The position numbers and the translations under genes are program-made. Below the pieces are notes generated by a model. It worked only from the letters and a program-made list of their open reading frames with translations. It was not told the DNA's origin and did no database searches. Shown piece by piece: positions 63,825 to 64,000 of a DNA stretch of 64,000 nt. The DNA comes from Eledone cirrhosa (taxonomy: Eukaryota), in contig OZ024741.1 of the NCBI GenBank assembly GCA_964016885.1, positions 323,268,001-323,332,000 on the forward strand, written 5' to 3'. The stretch's first letter is position 1. Every line of letters begins with the position of its first letter.

Positions 63825-64000
63825 GAGGAGTATACAGAGGAGTTCTTTGATGCCACAACACTACATCAAGAAATGGCAACCATCAACCACATAGACATAA
63901 CGGAGGGGGATGTGGTGTACGCCATTGATGAAATTAGAACAGACTCGGCTGCTGGACCTGATGGATTCCCAGCAGTTCTCCTAAAAATATGTAAGCGGGC
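63825..64000 (+). mobile_element. 5'-truncated LINE (CR1/L2/Jockey group), region just upstream of RT, running off the window
   Basis: Open frame [36 protein letters not shown] (GPDG motif), starting directly after (TA)n. Confidence 0.8.

Overview
AT-rich, repeat-saturated eukaryotic DNA with no host protein-coding exon that I can recognise. The SINE and LINE families suggest a coleoid cephalopod, probably an octopus (inference). The long ORFs in the track are translations of (TA)n or 10-bp satellite and are not genes. Real content: RTE/RTEX LINE fragments carrying a C4HC3 PHD-type finger inside the RT region; CR1-clade RT fragments; a decayed Penelope (GIY-YIG) element with inverted arms; tRNA-derived SINEs; TTAA-flanked MITEs; a non-autonomous Helitron; mariner and hAT fossils; kb-long (TA)n tracts; a 200-N gap; and a 13.5-kb AGTAATRTGT satellite with two higher-order duplications. 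The main hidden signal is about 12 minimal type I hammerhead ribozyme motifs of at least 5 sequence families, on both strands. They sit in short non-coding Penelope-pLTR/retrozyme-like inserts next to simple repeats, mostly (TA)n. Several are arranged as fold-back palindromes and one as a 485-nt direct-repeat unit. All structures were folded and aligned by eye, so coordinates may be off by a few bases.
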